DNA of 64,000 nt from Klebsormidium nitens. Taxonomy: Eukaryota > Plantae > Klebsormidiophyceae. The notes under the pieces were generated by a model that saw only the letters and a list, made by a program, of their open reading frames with translations, was not told the origin of the DNA and did not search any database. Below are positions 34,087-48,900 of the stretch, piece after piece. The position numbers and the translations under genes are program-made. Positions within the stretch are counted from its first letter, which is position 1; every line of letters begins with the position of its first letter. The DNA lies in the NCBI GenBank assembly GCA_000708835.1, contig DF237120.1:62001-126000 (forward strand), read 5' to 3'.

Positions 34087-37000
34087 GTAGAATTTTTGGA
34101 AGACTCAACACCGAAAAAGCTGGTATGGATTGTTCGAACCATTTGTTCTCTCTGCTTGTCAATTGCCAGTGCGTTCCAGTGTGCTCTGCTGTGAACTTTG
34201 TAGGGAAAAACGTTCAAAGCCTCCCCCCAGTCACGTCTCAGTTGAGATGGTTCATGCTGGTCGCTTGCAGTCTGAGTTTCCTTGGTCCATCCAAGACGTG
34301 TTCGTATGATCTGAGCAGTGCGAATTGAGTCAGTACCCCCAACGCTCTTCCATACCGGGATACTATGAGTGCGTAAAACAGTTTCTGTTCGCTCGTGTGA
34401 AGTCGCCTTTCCGTTTGCACTCTCGTTCTGAGTCGGCTGTGATTGTGAACTGGTTGGGCAGGCCCACGACAACTGCCCATGATCTCTTCGATTTCAAGAG
34501 CCAGGATTTTTGATCAGAAGAGTTGAAGAAGGTTTCTGCGCTCTGCAAGACTTCAAGAGGCAGGCGCTGTTTCTTAATGTGGTTCCCCCGGACTTTTTTT
34601 GTATGCTGCGAGGTAATTGGAATCGAAGATCGTTGCTTCCCTGCATTTCGTCCACCTCTTTTTGCAGTGCAGACCTGAGTGTCGCCTGCTGTTTGTTTCG
34701 TAAACGGAGACACCAGCGTCTTTTTGATCATCTTAGATTAGAGTGTGCATGACTGGACAGGTTTGCTGTAATAATTCGAGCTATACCTGGAGCAGTACGA
34801 CGCAGAAACAACACGGCGGGTCATGACGAACGAACGTGGCTGGCACATTAAGACTTGTGTCATTCAAAATTGAGTTCTGATGCCTGCTTTCGTTCTCAAG
34901 AAGCCTCCAAAAGGCTTTCTTGGCAGATTGTGAGTTGATCATTGAGGACCCGAAAACACACTTTATGATGCAAATCGCTTGGAGGATATGCTTGCTTTCT
35001 GTCAAGCTTGACTAGAGCGCCAGCGCCTGTCCCTTCGTTAGCCTTCTTGCCTTCTCACTGGACGTTGTGACCAGCTATACCCTGGCCGATAGCGTGCTTT
35101 TCGGGCGTGCGTCTGTCGTTCTGGAAAGTCCCGGCTTGTTTGGCAGTGAAGAAGACAGGGCAATGAGCAGCTTAGACTGTGCTCAAAGTCAATTGCCTTC
35201 CAGTTTCCAGAGGCCGCAAGTGTCAAAACCAAGGCTTGGAGCAGGTCACTCAATATCTGGTGCTAGCTGGACGTTTCGTCACTACCGATTTGCTACTTAG
35301 CACGTCCATCAAAATCGTCCTCAACTTCACTCGAAGATTGGTCTTGGCTATGGCGAGCATCATACTTTCATACGGCTCGCTCTCCCGGCTGACCTGTCTA
35401 TCTCTATCGTCTTGTCTGCTTGGATGTCCGCATGCGTCAGTTCAACGAGAACGCCCAATCCCCGAGCAGTCTTTGGACGTGCCGAATTTTGTTGCGGCAG
35501 TCGTTTAAATGGCGAAGAATCCAGACGGGGGTTTGTCTTGCTCGTATTGACGGTAAATATTTCTGATAAGGGTAAGATTTCCTCTCGACCGAAACCATTC
35601 CATTCATTCGCATCCTGAAAACCTCTTTAGTGTTTCTTGTTTTCAGAAGGCGACAGTTGCTTGTCGAGGGAGACTCCTTTGCTGAGTCAGCTTGAAATCC
35701 TTAAGACCCCCTGTGCTGAGTGGGTTGCCGAGTTGGCAAGCTCTGGGTTACGTTAGACTTTTCGAGGCTTAGCCCCAGCAAAAGCAGTAGCTAAGAGACC
35801 GGCCGGTTGTCCTTTTTGATATTGGGAACATCGGCTGATATTACCCGCTGAGAAGACAGGGCTCACACTCTCTCTTGAAAGAGTGTACCCGATACCACAC
35901 TTGTCGGGTGGATTGCGTGTATCTTCCTCGAAAGAGTGACCAGAAGAACGAAGCTCTGCTTCTTGACTAAGTATGGTCAATCAAGACCCAGATTTCTATC
36001 CACGCCTAGGCAGAAAACAACGTGGACATGGTTACAAATAAGCACTAGGTGCTGTCAAGATTTGTAGCGTCAGGTTGAAGAAGTAGTACCCTTCCGGGAC
36101 CATCTTTGCCGACCCAGGCTATGAAAGAACAAACGTGGCTGGCACCTGTACACGGTGTCATGTATTCTTGAATTGGATGCTTTCTGATCAGCTTCCTATA
36201 TGGGTTTATCCGCAAGCTTGTGATTGGTTATTTGAGAACACGAAACGTTCCTCATGAAGCAGAGCGGATGCCTTTTGAAAAGATTGATCCTGCCAAGCTA
36301 ACCGGCTTTAGCGCCGGGCATGTATCGCTAGCGCCTTATTGCTCTCCATCTGCCGTGTTTTGGGATGAGCAATTAACCGCAGGCAATGTTAAGACCCGTG
36401 ATAGTCGGCTTCAGGTTGCTTTGAAGCGAACGGATCGAAAATATCTATGTAGACTTCACTTCGTATTGCTCGGCCGTGAAGGAGACCAGATTGGGCACGC
36501 AACAGGCTGCTCAAACTCACTCCCAAACTATGATTACCAGAGGCCACCGATCTCGATTTCTGACTCTCCAGCGCGTTTTCATTGCATGGATTGGCTGGCG
36601 GTTGCCGCTTCTCACATGCAGCTGCCATTCCGGACCTCCATTTGGAGTCGTTCGCATCTTCGCGAGGTCTTGTTTATCCTCGCTTTGTCAAGCAATAGAT
36701 CCGCACTCTGCCTGGCACTTCGGCGATCCTGACACTCCTAGCTGACAGGATTGTCCTGGTCTAGCATTCGTCGTCCTGTCGAGTTCGAGTCAAATGTCCC
36801 GCATCACACTTTCCTAGCCGGAAAGGAATCAAGCAGCCTTCGGAACTGCTGAAGACTCTGGCAACCGTCAAAGTTGTAAAGGTCCCCGCCCCTGCTGGTG
36901 TTGCTCATATGTTAAAGTTTGACGCGAATGACAAAAGTGAAGGCGCAGGGCGACCGAAATCTGCCACAAATCTGTCAGTAATGCATAGTCTTCAATCTTT

Positions 37001-39949
37001 CGCGTCTGGAAATGTGAAGGTCACTGGTAGGGAGTGACCGTTTTTGGGATCTGCTCTTCTCCATATTCCACGGCACCCATTTTGTCGTCGAGCAGGCAAG
37101 CGGTGGTGACCCACGCTCTTCTCAGACTTTCGTCCCAAAGTAAGCACCGGTAAAGAGAGCAAGCTAGCTGGGGGGCTCCGGTTACGAACAGGAAAATGTC
37201 AGTTTGGGCTTTGAAGCAGGGGAGATTTGAGCAAGCGCTTGCTGCTACTCAGGCGTATTCCGAACAAACTAACTGAAGCCGCAGTGGCATAGGAAGCTTA
37301 GTACTGCCTGTGTGTCCCAACAGGAAAATGCAATATTCACCGGAGGGTTTTGACTCTGTACGTTCGGACGCTTTTTGATATTTTATATGGTTGATTTTAG
37401 TGGCCTGCCTTCAAAGCGAACGTTCAATCAATGCCCGAAGCCGCTTCATATACGAAACGAGTCGCTAATGCTGTGCTCTTTGGCCTCGTTCATGTCCTGC
37501 TTAGAGAGAAGTCGAGAAGCTTGGTGCGTCATCCTAGCCCTACCTTTTCATACGTCCTTCTGCGTCGTGTCGTGCGGGTAGCCGTACTTTGGTTTCCATA
37601 TGGGGCTACGAAGCAACGAGGTTGCTGACTCAACCAAGGGGCCAAGCATGTTTTTTCCGCAGAACTACTGAAGCCCGCTGTGGGACTCATTCAAGTGGCA
37701 CTAGTCGTTCCTGGGCCTTAGTTGCTCAGAGGTCTTCTGATATTGCGTGAGCCTGACAAGACTGAGTCAAGCCACATGCGTGTGAGTTTGGAATACCGGC
37801 AGGTGGAATAGGCGGCAACGATTTACCCTCGGACGCTACGGGTATTGCAAGCGGGAGGCAAATCGACCAAAACCACCGTCTTTTGTACTTCCTCTCCCAT
37901 TTGTATCTGCCCTTTCTCAAGCCGCGAGCTTTTTGCCATCTTAGCTGCTATTAAAGAGCCGGAGTTGATTGCCCGTCATTTGTTTCTGCCTTTCGGCGTC
38001 TACATCTGGACGACTGGCGGGACTGTGAAGACGAGAAGCTCCTGACCTCCTCGTGCTCATTCTTGAGCATCGTCATAGCATTGGTCAACGTCTAGAGCCC
38101 GTTTAATCGTGCAGCACTCGGCGGTGAGGCTGCTTTACACAGACTTTGCTTCAGATCCTCGTTAGGGTAGATGTGGCATGTCGCCGGAAGTAGCACGCGT
38201 CCGGATTGGAGTGTCAAGTGTGGGAGTCGGCTCTGGGCACGCGGTGTCGCCTGAGGTTTTGCCGTCCACAAACACGACTGTAAAAATATATGACTGTTCG
38301 CATTTTTACGGAATGAATCGTTTGACAAGGTCAGCGTGAGCCTGTACATCTTCTATCGAGGTCAGGAAGGTAGTCTTGGTCGTTAGGCATTCGGCTTTTC
38401 AAACTGCCAGCTTGGTGCATGTGCCACCAATCGTCAGAATAGCGGCCCAGAAAAGCTGAGCGGGAGAGTCAAAAGTTCTTGATTGTTCTGCCGCATTAAG
38501 CATCATATCGTCCGATGAACGGCCTCAATGTCTTCCACTGGGCGACACACCCCTGTACATACCATTGTTGTCTTTTGATTGCATCCAGGCCAAGTTGGAA
38601 CAGACCAGATCTTGGTAGGTACCTCTTGGAAAGCTGTTTCGATGCCTCTTTGTCCAGTTCCTGTCGCTTGCGTCGACCTCAATTGACTGCCCAGGTCACC
38701 CTATGATCAAACGACGATTTGAGCAGTCGACATCGCCGTTAGCAAGAGCAGGATTGGGTTTGCTCCCTTGATCGAGTAGTGGATTACAACGCAATTGGGC
38801 TTGAGTCTCTGGTGCCCTCAACTATTAAGTACCTCGATGCTGGTCCGTCAAGGACTTGCCGTGTCATGCTCTTAGCGATTGGCGTAGGCTTTAGCTTGAC
38901 GTCCACAATAGGTCGTCTGGGGTGAACATTGTCAGCCCATGTTAGAAGGATCCCCCCTAATTTAATCATTGCGACTCTCCTGATGATGTTTACGCCGTCT
39001 CGTTTGAAATAGTGGCGAGCTTGTTTTTCCGGCGTGTGTCCAACGTGCGACGGTTCGCCCAGGCTGAAATTTCTTCATGCAAATGTCGGTAATGAGATTC
39101 CCGTCATGATCGACCATGGCTCGCTCAAGCATTGGCTGGTTTGCGACCCTTGACGCCGACTCAAGCGGTTGATGGAAAAGGGTATCGACGGATTGGCGCT
39201 CCTTGTTTGCATCCTCCTTACGCTGTTTCGACTCTGTAAACCTGGAGTCAGGCTTGGCGGTTTAATTTACCATGAAGTTTTCGTTACCATCCCCCGGATA
39301 GATTTCTCGATTGGATCGAGAGATGTTGATTCGGAAGATGCGAAAGTAGCCGAGCTTGCCCTTATTGGTGCACACATACGTAATACGGAACTGTAATTAC
39401 AGCTAGTGAATTTGCTTGTATACGTCAGGCGCTGTCACTTCCGCTCGGTCTGATTGTGGGTCATGAAGTTAAAAGAGGCTGGCAGTGTGGGCGACGCCAT
39501 CTACGCTTTTGAAGTCTGACGCCCTTTGTTTATTCTCAGCCCAAGCTCAAGTCGCCCTTGACATTTGGTCGTCAAAGTCTGCTCGAGCTCTGCAGCTGTC
39601 AAATGAAACATAGATTTTCTAGCTCAAGATCAAGAAATGCCTTTTAAGGATGAGTGGGTGCGCAATGTTGGATCGGATGTGTACCGTTTCCTACGAAACC
39701 GCATGCATGCCTCGGCACTTCTTACCAGAAACTCTTACTCTCGGTCTGCAAAACTGCTTTTGTGATCAGGCGAGTGTGCACTGGTCTACAACCGGCTTCA
39801 GTAGATTGACCCACGGCGGCGGAATCCAACTGCAACGAAGACGCTCGATTGGGCCGCCGTGTGCACAAGCAGTTCCGTCAACGCTGCCTTTTGCTTTCCC
39901 TGGGCTTCAACTCACGAACCCCGTTTTGCAAGCGGTAACTTCTCTTGTT

Positions 39950-42900
39950 CGCTCCGTGCAGGTGAGTAAAGGCTTGTACGTCTGTCCTGCGTTTGAAAGC
40001 GAGAACAATCATTGGATGTTAGAGGGCTGCTTGGACAACATGCCCGTCAGGTAGGTGCTGTATTTTGCTTGGTGATTGAGGCGTTCTGCATAAGCTACAT
40101 AAGTACAACCAAGAGGGACATGGAACGTGATCTCGTCGTTATCAACTCCTTTCCTTCGGTCTGACTAGTTCTTGATTGAAACTGTTGTGTCGTTCTGAGA
40201 GCATCTATCTTAACGTGGTTATCAAACGTGTTGATGTGTCTGCTTGGTTGCCCGCTTCTAGGTTGGCGCTTCGATCACTTGGGAAAGTCTTGCTATGGAT
40301 CAATTAACTGAGGGCGACGGATATATGTTCTTGGTCTGCTCGTGAATTGAAATTACACTGTCCTTTCGCCGTCCGTTCTGGCTCTGAAAACGTGCGTGGG
40401 CGCACCTTTATTGCTCGCTCAATGTAGCGATGCTCTGTGCCTTTTGATGCCACGTATACGGAGCTACCCTCCGAATGGAAATTCTGGCTTTCTAACTTCT
40501 GCCACCACTCCTTCTCCTCAAGCTTGTTAGGAGGATCAGTTTTTCCGGTCCTTCGTGCAGCCAGAATTCATCAGAGTTGTCAATCTTGTGAGCATCTTGA
40601 AACAGGCCTCGAGCCATGCCGCGTCTTTACCTCAGCCCATTGGAAATGATACCTCTGGTTGCGATGTTTGGCCCCTCTTGCAGGCTTCTCGCACACTTTC
40701 TATTTCGTGAATTACATAAGAAACCTGGCTATGACTGACCTGGCTGTGAAGGTCAGTCAGTGTCAGCGGCAAGTCGTTGCGCACAGGAAACATCCGTTGT
40801 ACGTCGCCTGAGGCCAAGCACTATCGTATATGGCCCCTTGATGTATTCGTATGGAAAAGTCTTCAGACCGCAGCTCAACTGTCAAGAGCTGCGGTTTGCA
40901 TCTCGATAGCGTACACCCAACATCTTTCGCGTACTTTGTGTGGTCGGACCTTGGCGGATCCCCTCCCGACAAAACGTCGACAAGTCGACAACAGCGTTTG
41001 GTACAGTTGCACGGTCCTAATGCTTCGAGTCCCGCTTGGTACCGTGCTTGCATCCTTACCAGAACTTATACTCGTCTGGGAACTGGCTCTGATGGTCAAT
41101 TTGAATCAGTGTGGGCAGCCCCTCGTTGCGCTCACCTAGCACTGCGGTGTAAACTGAGGCCAAAGATTTGTATCGACATAGCTGTCATTCCTTTCTGCGA
41201 AAGGAGAGGTACAAGAGCTGCCAGTTTTCGCTGTCAACAGCCCATGTCCAGAATTGTACGGGGCCTTAGCGTGTGACGCCAGTCGTACAGCAGATTCTGT
41301 CCAAGAACTGTAAGTATTGAAAACGAAAAGCTCGGTAATGGACGCTCGGTTCTAGTGCTCCAGCGCGGCACCTCCTGCTTGTTTCTTGATAGCTTCTCAC
41401 TTTGTTCTTCGAGTCTGGCTCTGATGGTTAGTCAGCGTGGGCCGGACGTGTTGAGCTCATTGTGTGTCAACTGAGGCCAAGCAAGTTCGTCCGTCCATAT
41501 TGGGCTTCTCTTTCCTTTCTTGGAAGCCGAGTGCAAGAGTTGCCAGTTGCGCTCGTCCATCGTCCGAGGCTCAACAAAGCCTTTGGATCTGAAACAGTGT
41601 GTTTCGACTATATGGTAAAAATATTACGTTGGTCGCTCAAAAGTCCCTCTCCGAGTAGGCAAGTCAAAAGAAGCGTCAGGCTTTCATGTCGAGGGGCTGC
41701 GCGCGCTGTTGTCCTGGGAAGAAACTCCTTCGGTGCTGCAAAAACTCCTTCATCCTGAAAATTTGCACCTTGGTCGGCGAGTACCGTCACCTTTCTGTTG
41801 TCAATGTTTTGGGCTGTGAAGACAAGAAGGTTCTGGCGCTGGAGGCCAGTTACCATCCCATCCATCGGCGATCACGGAGCCCCGTCTGGCTTCAAAGAGG
41901 TCTCGCTGGATCCCTGAACTTCAGCGCTGTTTAAGTAGGTAACCAGATGCTTCCTGGTTGTGGAACGGCTCGTCTGGCTGCAGCACTCCCTTTGCGGTAC
42001 ACCTGTAGCCAGAGCCCTGCAAACGCTGAGGCTGCCCGCATCGGAAGCTTGAACTCCGGTTGCCGCAGCGCCCCGGCAGCACTGCCGCATAATCAAGCGG
42101 CGCCGCAGCGTCGCACTTCTTAACGAGCGCGGGCTTTTGGATACTTTGTGTTGCCGGCAACCCTGGAACTAGCTATTAATCGACGGCCACTCCGATAAGT
42201 TCTTCCGAACGGCATTTCAGATTGCTCCCAGCAAGTGGTGAGCGCTGTCGCGGTGCTGCGGCAGATTTACACTGCCGCAAAACTGCTGCATCGCTTCCGG
42301 AGATGCTGGAAGTGGCCAATCTGTCGCGCCGCTTCCGCGGCACTGGGGAGGCTTAGGCTCACCTTCCCTTTTGACGACTGGGCGTAGATTTGGATTGTGG
42401 AAACGGTTTTCAGGATCGAAGAAGTCAACGGACCGCAAGGATATGAAGTGCAAGGGCTCCGTTGAACTTTATTTGGTCCTGCGGCATTTTTTTGTGGGGC
42501 TTTCGTGCCGGGCAGACGACATTCTCGCGGCATGAATCGGCTTCCAGAAGTAGATGGGATGCATGGAGGAGGACTGCATGCGGTGCGCGAGTGGCTTTGA
42601 TCCCTAATCATTGAGTTCGTTCTGGTTGCTCATGTGCCTTTTGAAGTTTGAAGCCTCGCAGTCACATCTGGTCACTGATATGCCACTCGTTTGCTGCTCC
42701 GGCTTGGATGAACGGCGAACACTTGGGCGTGCCTCGCATGCTCAATCGTACAATTCCCAACGGTTCACTTTAAAATAACCTGACGCCGAGCGCGCTCAAG
42801 ATTTTGGGTTCCCTGTCTCTGCTTCGTTGTGCACCCGTCTTTTGCTCGGGTTGTTTCGTATAAAGTTATCTGGCGGTCATTTGCCCGGGGGTATCGGGCG

Positions 42901-45900
42901 CCCCACATTCAGTGCTTGCGGACGACGTTTGTGCATAAAGGGTTTGGGTCCTGTTGCCGTATTGTTCTTAACCGCTGGTTATTCCTTTAACCAACGTGGT
43001 CGAACATTCGAAGCAAGTGTTCTCGTAGCTTTTAATGTTTATCACCGTGATAAGGGAAGCGGATGTAACCGTAACACACCTGTAGGCATGACTCCGATCA
43101 CTTGGCGTGAGTACGCTCAGCGATGTCAGCTTGACCAAGCAGCTGACGTCGGGACAACATCGTTTTCTTTTCCTCACTTTGGCGGCTTCGGTATTCCTAT
43201 ACTTAGGCACACAGCCTGTTATGAATCGCGGTCAGTGTTAGATTCTACAAGATGTCGTCCTTCTGGCTCGTTGTTTGGCTCTGATGGTCAGCCAGGGTGG
43301 GCCACACCTTGCTGCGCTCAAATGTCGTGCGTAGGATCTGAGGCCAAGCACAATCGTGTATTGCTTTCTTGTTTTCCTTGTTCGGGCAGGAAAGCAAACA
43401 GCCGCCAGTTGCGCATGTCGATAGGGGGTGTTTGACCTGTCAGTGGCGTCCTGGTCGATTGTCTGGTGAATCGTTCCGCGTCAAACTTGAAAGTCAGAAG
43501 AATGCATGACCTGACACTGTGCGCCTTTGTCGGCGACTGCTGCCAAGTTCCTATAACCTGCCTTTTCGGGCTGTGAAGATCTGAAGGTCCTGGCGCCCCT
43601 GGCCAGAGCACCCTCTTTTCCACAGATTGCCCCATCTATCGGAAAGTGCTTATGGTAGCCTCGTTTCCTTTTGGACGCTATTGGGGTAGATGACCACTTA
43701 ATGTCTAGCAGTGGACGTTTAGCTGTCCTGGAAGCAATCCTCCATGGTAAGAGTGTTGCACGAACCCTGCAAAGTCTGAGGCTGCCTGACGGCCAATAAG
43801 CGTGACGATCTCTTGATTGATGTTGTGTTGCATGACGGTTGTTGTAAATGAACGTTGATGACGACCGCAAGAATCGAGTGCACGGCTCCTTTTTGCCTTT
43901 GATCTAGTCCTGCGCTTGATCATGTGTCGGGGCTAACGTGCTTCATGTTGGCAATCGACTTCTGGTGGCGCAAGCCGCTTCCAGGTCTGGATGAGATGCG
44001 CAAATAAGGTGTTCATAAGCTTGCGCACGGTGGCCGTGATCCTGAGTTTTGAGCTCGTTTCTCAATCATTGTTTCTAGGGTTTGAAGCCACAAGGTCAAG
44101 CCAGGTCAATGCCGCCTCTGACTGAATACATCTGACTGCTAAACCGAGAGCTATATTCAGATTTGTCCGGTTTGGTCGATTGAGTCGACAAACGAGAAGC
44201 TGTCACGTCAGCAACTGAAGATTGCACACATTGAGTCACTGCCTTTTTGCATGTCAACGAGCGGCTTCGTCTATGCACAAGAAGATGGTTTTGGAGCGTC
44301 CACCGAGGCGTCACAGTATTCCGGAACGGGGACCAGGGCCTATTTTTGTCTTTGTTTGGAGGTCAAGTCGCACCCTACTTTTGATCGTTCATGGCAAAGG
44401 TCGGCTTCGAGTTTCCTGGACGGAAGATGGTCTTCGAGCTGGAGGAAGCTTTGTTTCACGAGTACGTTTAATTACATTTCAGATCGCCGACCTTCTATGA
44501 ACCAGCATAATGCTTTGGATCTCTTTTGAAAGAGTCGCCAGTCCTGGCGACGTACAAATGGCGGTTATAGTCTTGTGTTCCTGTGCGCTTCTGCACCATT
44601 TTAGTAAGAGATTTGCGACGAAAGAGTTTTGAGGGGAGCGCACTCGCCAGTTGCTCTTTCTTCGGGGCGTTGGGAGCATAGTTGGACCCAGTTGCTTTCT
44701 TACCATTTTTCGTGATCTTTCCTCATGATGTGATAGCCGGGTTGCAGGCGCTAATGTTCATTGTTTGCCTCGTGCAGGTGAGTGTTGCCCACATGTCCTG
44801 CCCTTCAGACTCTCATTGAGTGAGTGTGAGTGTTGGTTTTCTTTCCCCAACGCCAACGCCGAGGTGTCTGAAGCTTGTACGATCAGGAACAAAGAGAAGT
44901 GCGCTTTGTACCTTGCTTTCGACTCCTCCAAAGTCATGATTCCTTTGTCGGCATGCTGTGCACCAATGGTCTTACGATCTGTTTGATCCGTTCTGGTCAG
45001 AAGTCCTTGAAAGTATTCTGGACCCTCCGGTGAGGATCCTTTTCCGGCGTGATTGTGAACAATTTATCGCTGTGACTTGAAGTCGGTGGCTCGGTTTCAA
45101 CTGCTTATCGGATACAATTCGTGATTGGAGTCAAGCTGTGGGTTGGTATGCCGGTGACTCGGCCGACGAAAGTTTTGAATCTGCTGGGTTACTCTGCCCC
45201 TTTGCCGTCCATCCTGGCTTTGAAAAAGTGGACTTGCCTCGCTCGTTCAGAGGAGTGAATTCCTCTGCTTCCTCTCCCACTTCTATGGAGGTACATCACA
45301 GTTAAGTTTCTAACTTTCTAAGCTTTGCCACGATGCCTTTATTGGAAGTTTGCCACGAGGGATGGTTGTTTCGGCCTTTCGTGTAGCCAGAAGCAATGGA
45401 TTAGTAAATCAGTGGCTACAAATACTACTCAAGCAATCATGAAGTGTCTTTACCTCTGCTTTTTGGGAATGATGCAACCCCGTGCATTGCCCGCTTGGCA
45501 CCTCTTTCGGGCTTCTCGGATAGTATGTCTGCATAACTCACCAAGAACACGCCTGGCTATGAAGGTCAGATACTGTGGGCGGCACGTCGCTCCGTTCAAA
45601 AGGTCTTCTCTGTCACTGATGCCAATCACTGTCGTCCAGGGCCTTTCAGTGTCCTTGTATATGAGATATGTTTCACGAGCTGCCGGCTGTGCCTGTCGAT
45701 AGCGGATAGGGTCGACAATTTCCTCGTGACACAGCGTGTGACGTCAGACCCACAGTAGGTTCCCTCCCGACAATGTCCCGACAAGTCGACAGGAGAATTG
45801 GATGATGGCGCATGCCCCTCATGCTTCAAGTCCGGCTTTGCACCCCGTGCTTGAATGTTACCAAAAGTTATACAAGTCTGGGAACTGGCTTTGATGGTCA

Positions 45901-48900
45901 ATCAGCGTGGGCAGCACCTTGTTGCGCTCATCTACTTCTCCGTTTAGAACTGAGGCCAAATAATCTCGTCGAAAGAGCCGTCATTCCCCTCTGCGGAGGG
46001 AAAGTAGAAGAGCGCTACAAGTTGCTCGTGTCAGTAAGTGATAACCATAAACATTCTGGTGGTTGAACGTGTGGGGTTGGTCGCTTGGCAAGTCCCTGCT
46101 CGACGAACTGTAATCGAACGTAAACAAGAGCTTTCTGGTTAGGGGCGCACAGTCTCGGAGCCCCGCTTGGCACTTCTTCTGGTGCTCATCCTTGCTTCTT
46201 GACTGATGCTTAACCGTGTGTTTGATTGGCTTTGATGAGCGTGTCAGCGTAGGCCGGACAGCCTTGTTGGGCTCATCTTGATTCCTTGCTTGCTGCTCTG
46301 AGGCCAGAGCCTTTCGTCGACAGATCTCTCTTGTCATTTTGCTGGTATTCAATTGAAAAAGCTGCCAGTCTTGATGTCAAGAAGATCAACGATTATCATC
46401 CTGGGTGGCTTAGCGTGCGCGGTCGATCGCTTGGCAAGTCCCTACCCAACGGACTTAAAGTAGATAATCCATCTTGGTAGGGAGCGGAGTCTAGTGCCCC
46501 CGCTTGGCCGGCAGTTCTTGCTTGCTTTCCGGTGTTCATCTCCAACTCTGGAAATTGGCTCTGACGATTTTCAGTCGATGTGGGCCGCATTTTGTTGCGC
46601 TCACTTCGTATTCTCTTGGGAACTGAGGCCAAAAACTTTCGTGAATCGCGTGTCATCCTGATCTCTAGAAAAGATTGCAAATCCTGGTACTTGCTCGTGC
46701 CAACCTATCATTATAACCGTCTGGTGGCTCAACTTGTGTACGGACAGCCTCCCAGCAAGTCCCTCTTCGGCAAGTCTGACTCGACAAGCCTTTGGAAAGG
46801 ACGCACAACTTTGGTGCCCCCGCTAGAAACCTCGTGCTTCTTTCTCGACCGGTGCTCAAGTTATTCTCTGATATGGGCTCGGATGCTCAGTCAGCGTGGG
46901 CAGCATCCTCTTACGCTCATAATAGCTTTACCGATACACTGAGGCCAAGCGCGTTCGTCGATTGAGCATTCCCCTGTGTCATGCGAAAACGGTAATAATT
47001 GTTAGTTGCGCGGGTCCATATAGCGGATAGCCGCTGTATCCTGGTTGGTTAGCCTGCTGCGTGTGCGGTCGGTCTCTTGGCAAGTCCTTGTTGAACAACT
47101 TGTAAGTCATTAGAAGCGTTCTAGTAGGAACGTATGGTTCCAATGACCCCTACTGGGCATGTTTTGCTCGCTTCTCGACCGGTACTTATCCCCGTCTGTG
47201 AACCTGGCTCTGATGGTCAGCCAGTGTGGGCCGCACAGGGTCGCGCTCACCGAAGTCTGGATTAAGCTGAGGCCATGCAAGCCCGGCCATAGTGCGGTCA
47301 TTTTTTCTTTTCGCAAACTGAGTCCGAGAGCTGCCGGTTGCTCAAGTTGCTAGTCAAAGGATTGAGGTATCAAGTGTGCCTTTATATACAACAACAGGGT
47401 CTTCCAACGAAAAGTCTGTGAGTTGGTCGCTTGAGAGTTCCGTTTCCGCTGCGCCACAATCCAACCCGCCCGTCAGGCTTTCTCGTCCAAGGTTTGCGCG
47501 TCTTCTCTCACAGTAAAGTTCTGAGAATGCTCGTAAAGAATGCTCGACCTGACGATGTGCGCCTTGTTCGGCAAGTGCTGTCAAGTTCTAATGCATCTCG
47601 TTAGGGCTGTGAAGATAAAGTCCTGGCGCTGGAGGCCAGCCACAATGTCATTAAAGCAGATTGCCCCATGCATTGGCGATCAGGTAGCCTCGTCTCCGAA
47701 TCCTCGCTCCAGAGAATCTAGAGCGTGAATTGAGTAGGTGACCACATGCTTCCTAGTTGTGGAACGTTTGGCTACCAGGTTCCCTTTGCGGTACACTCTG
47801 TGGCTAGAACCCTGTACAAGCTGAGGCTGCCTGCATTGGACGGTTGAGCCCCGCTTGCCTCAGGCCCCGGCAGCGCTGCCGCATAAGCAAGTAGTAAGCG
47901 CCGCCGTGACGCCAGCTTAGCAAAGACCGCTTTTGGACAGACAGTATCAACACTAGGACTACTGGCGTTTCAACGGTTTAAGTGATTGCTGACGTCACAA
48001 CCCGCTGCGCCCGCAAGTGGTGGGCGGTGTCGCGGGGCTGTTGCAGACATTCACTGCCGCAACGCGTGGCACCACTGTTGCATTGTCCTGGGGATGTAGT
48101 GAGATGGCCGATTTGCCGCGGCGCTTCTGCGGCACCAGGGAAAGCTAGGCTCAACCTTCGACGTGACGACTGGGTGTAAATTTGAAGGTTCGTCAAGATC
48201 GAAGACGTCAACGGAGTGCAAGGAAACCAAGTCCACGGACTTCTCTGAGTTGTGTTATGCTCCTGCGGCATGTTGTGTGCCTTTCCTGCCTGGCCGATGT
48301 CTTGCTTACAGCATCAATCTGCTTCTATAGAACTGGGAAGCATGAAGGTGGACTACATGCGGGTGCGGGGGTGGTTGTGATCCGTAAAGCGTTGAGCTCG
48401 CTCTTGTTGCTCATCCTTCATTTGGAAGTCTGAAGCCGCGCAGTCACATAGGGTCAGAGCGGAATGAATTTGGTTTGCTGCTCCGGCTTGGACGAACACC
48501 GAGCGATTGGGCGTGCCTCGCACGCTCATATGTATTCCTGGCGGTTCATTCTCACCCTGGGCGCGCTTCAGATACAACGTTGTTGAATATTCCTTTCAGA
48601 TTTTCCGTTTATGTTGTGTTACTTGTCTCTGCTTCGTGGTGCACTCGTCGGCTTGCTCGGATCGGACTGCTCTGTATGAGCGTTTTTGGCGAATCTCCCC
48701 TGGGGTCCTCTCGCCGGGCGCCCTCCAAGCTTGCATGATGCAACGCCTTTGCATAAGCGGTATTTCGGTCCGTGTTGCTGCATTGATAGGATGCAAATCG
48801 CTGGTTATTTCATTTTAAAAACGTGGTTCAGCTTTTGAGGCAAGTGGACATTCCAACTTTTCGTACCTTGAGCATGAAAGCAGGTGTGACCGCAACAAAT

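Noticed and set aside
34280-34310. 'PSKTCSY' as a decayed KxCGH catalytic exon
   Set aside because: The similarity is too weak and the following sequence does not resemble the family.
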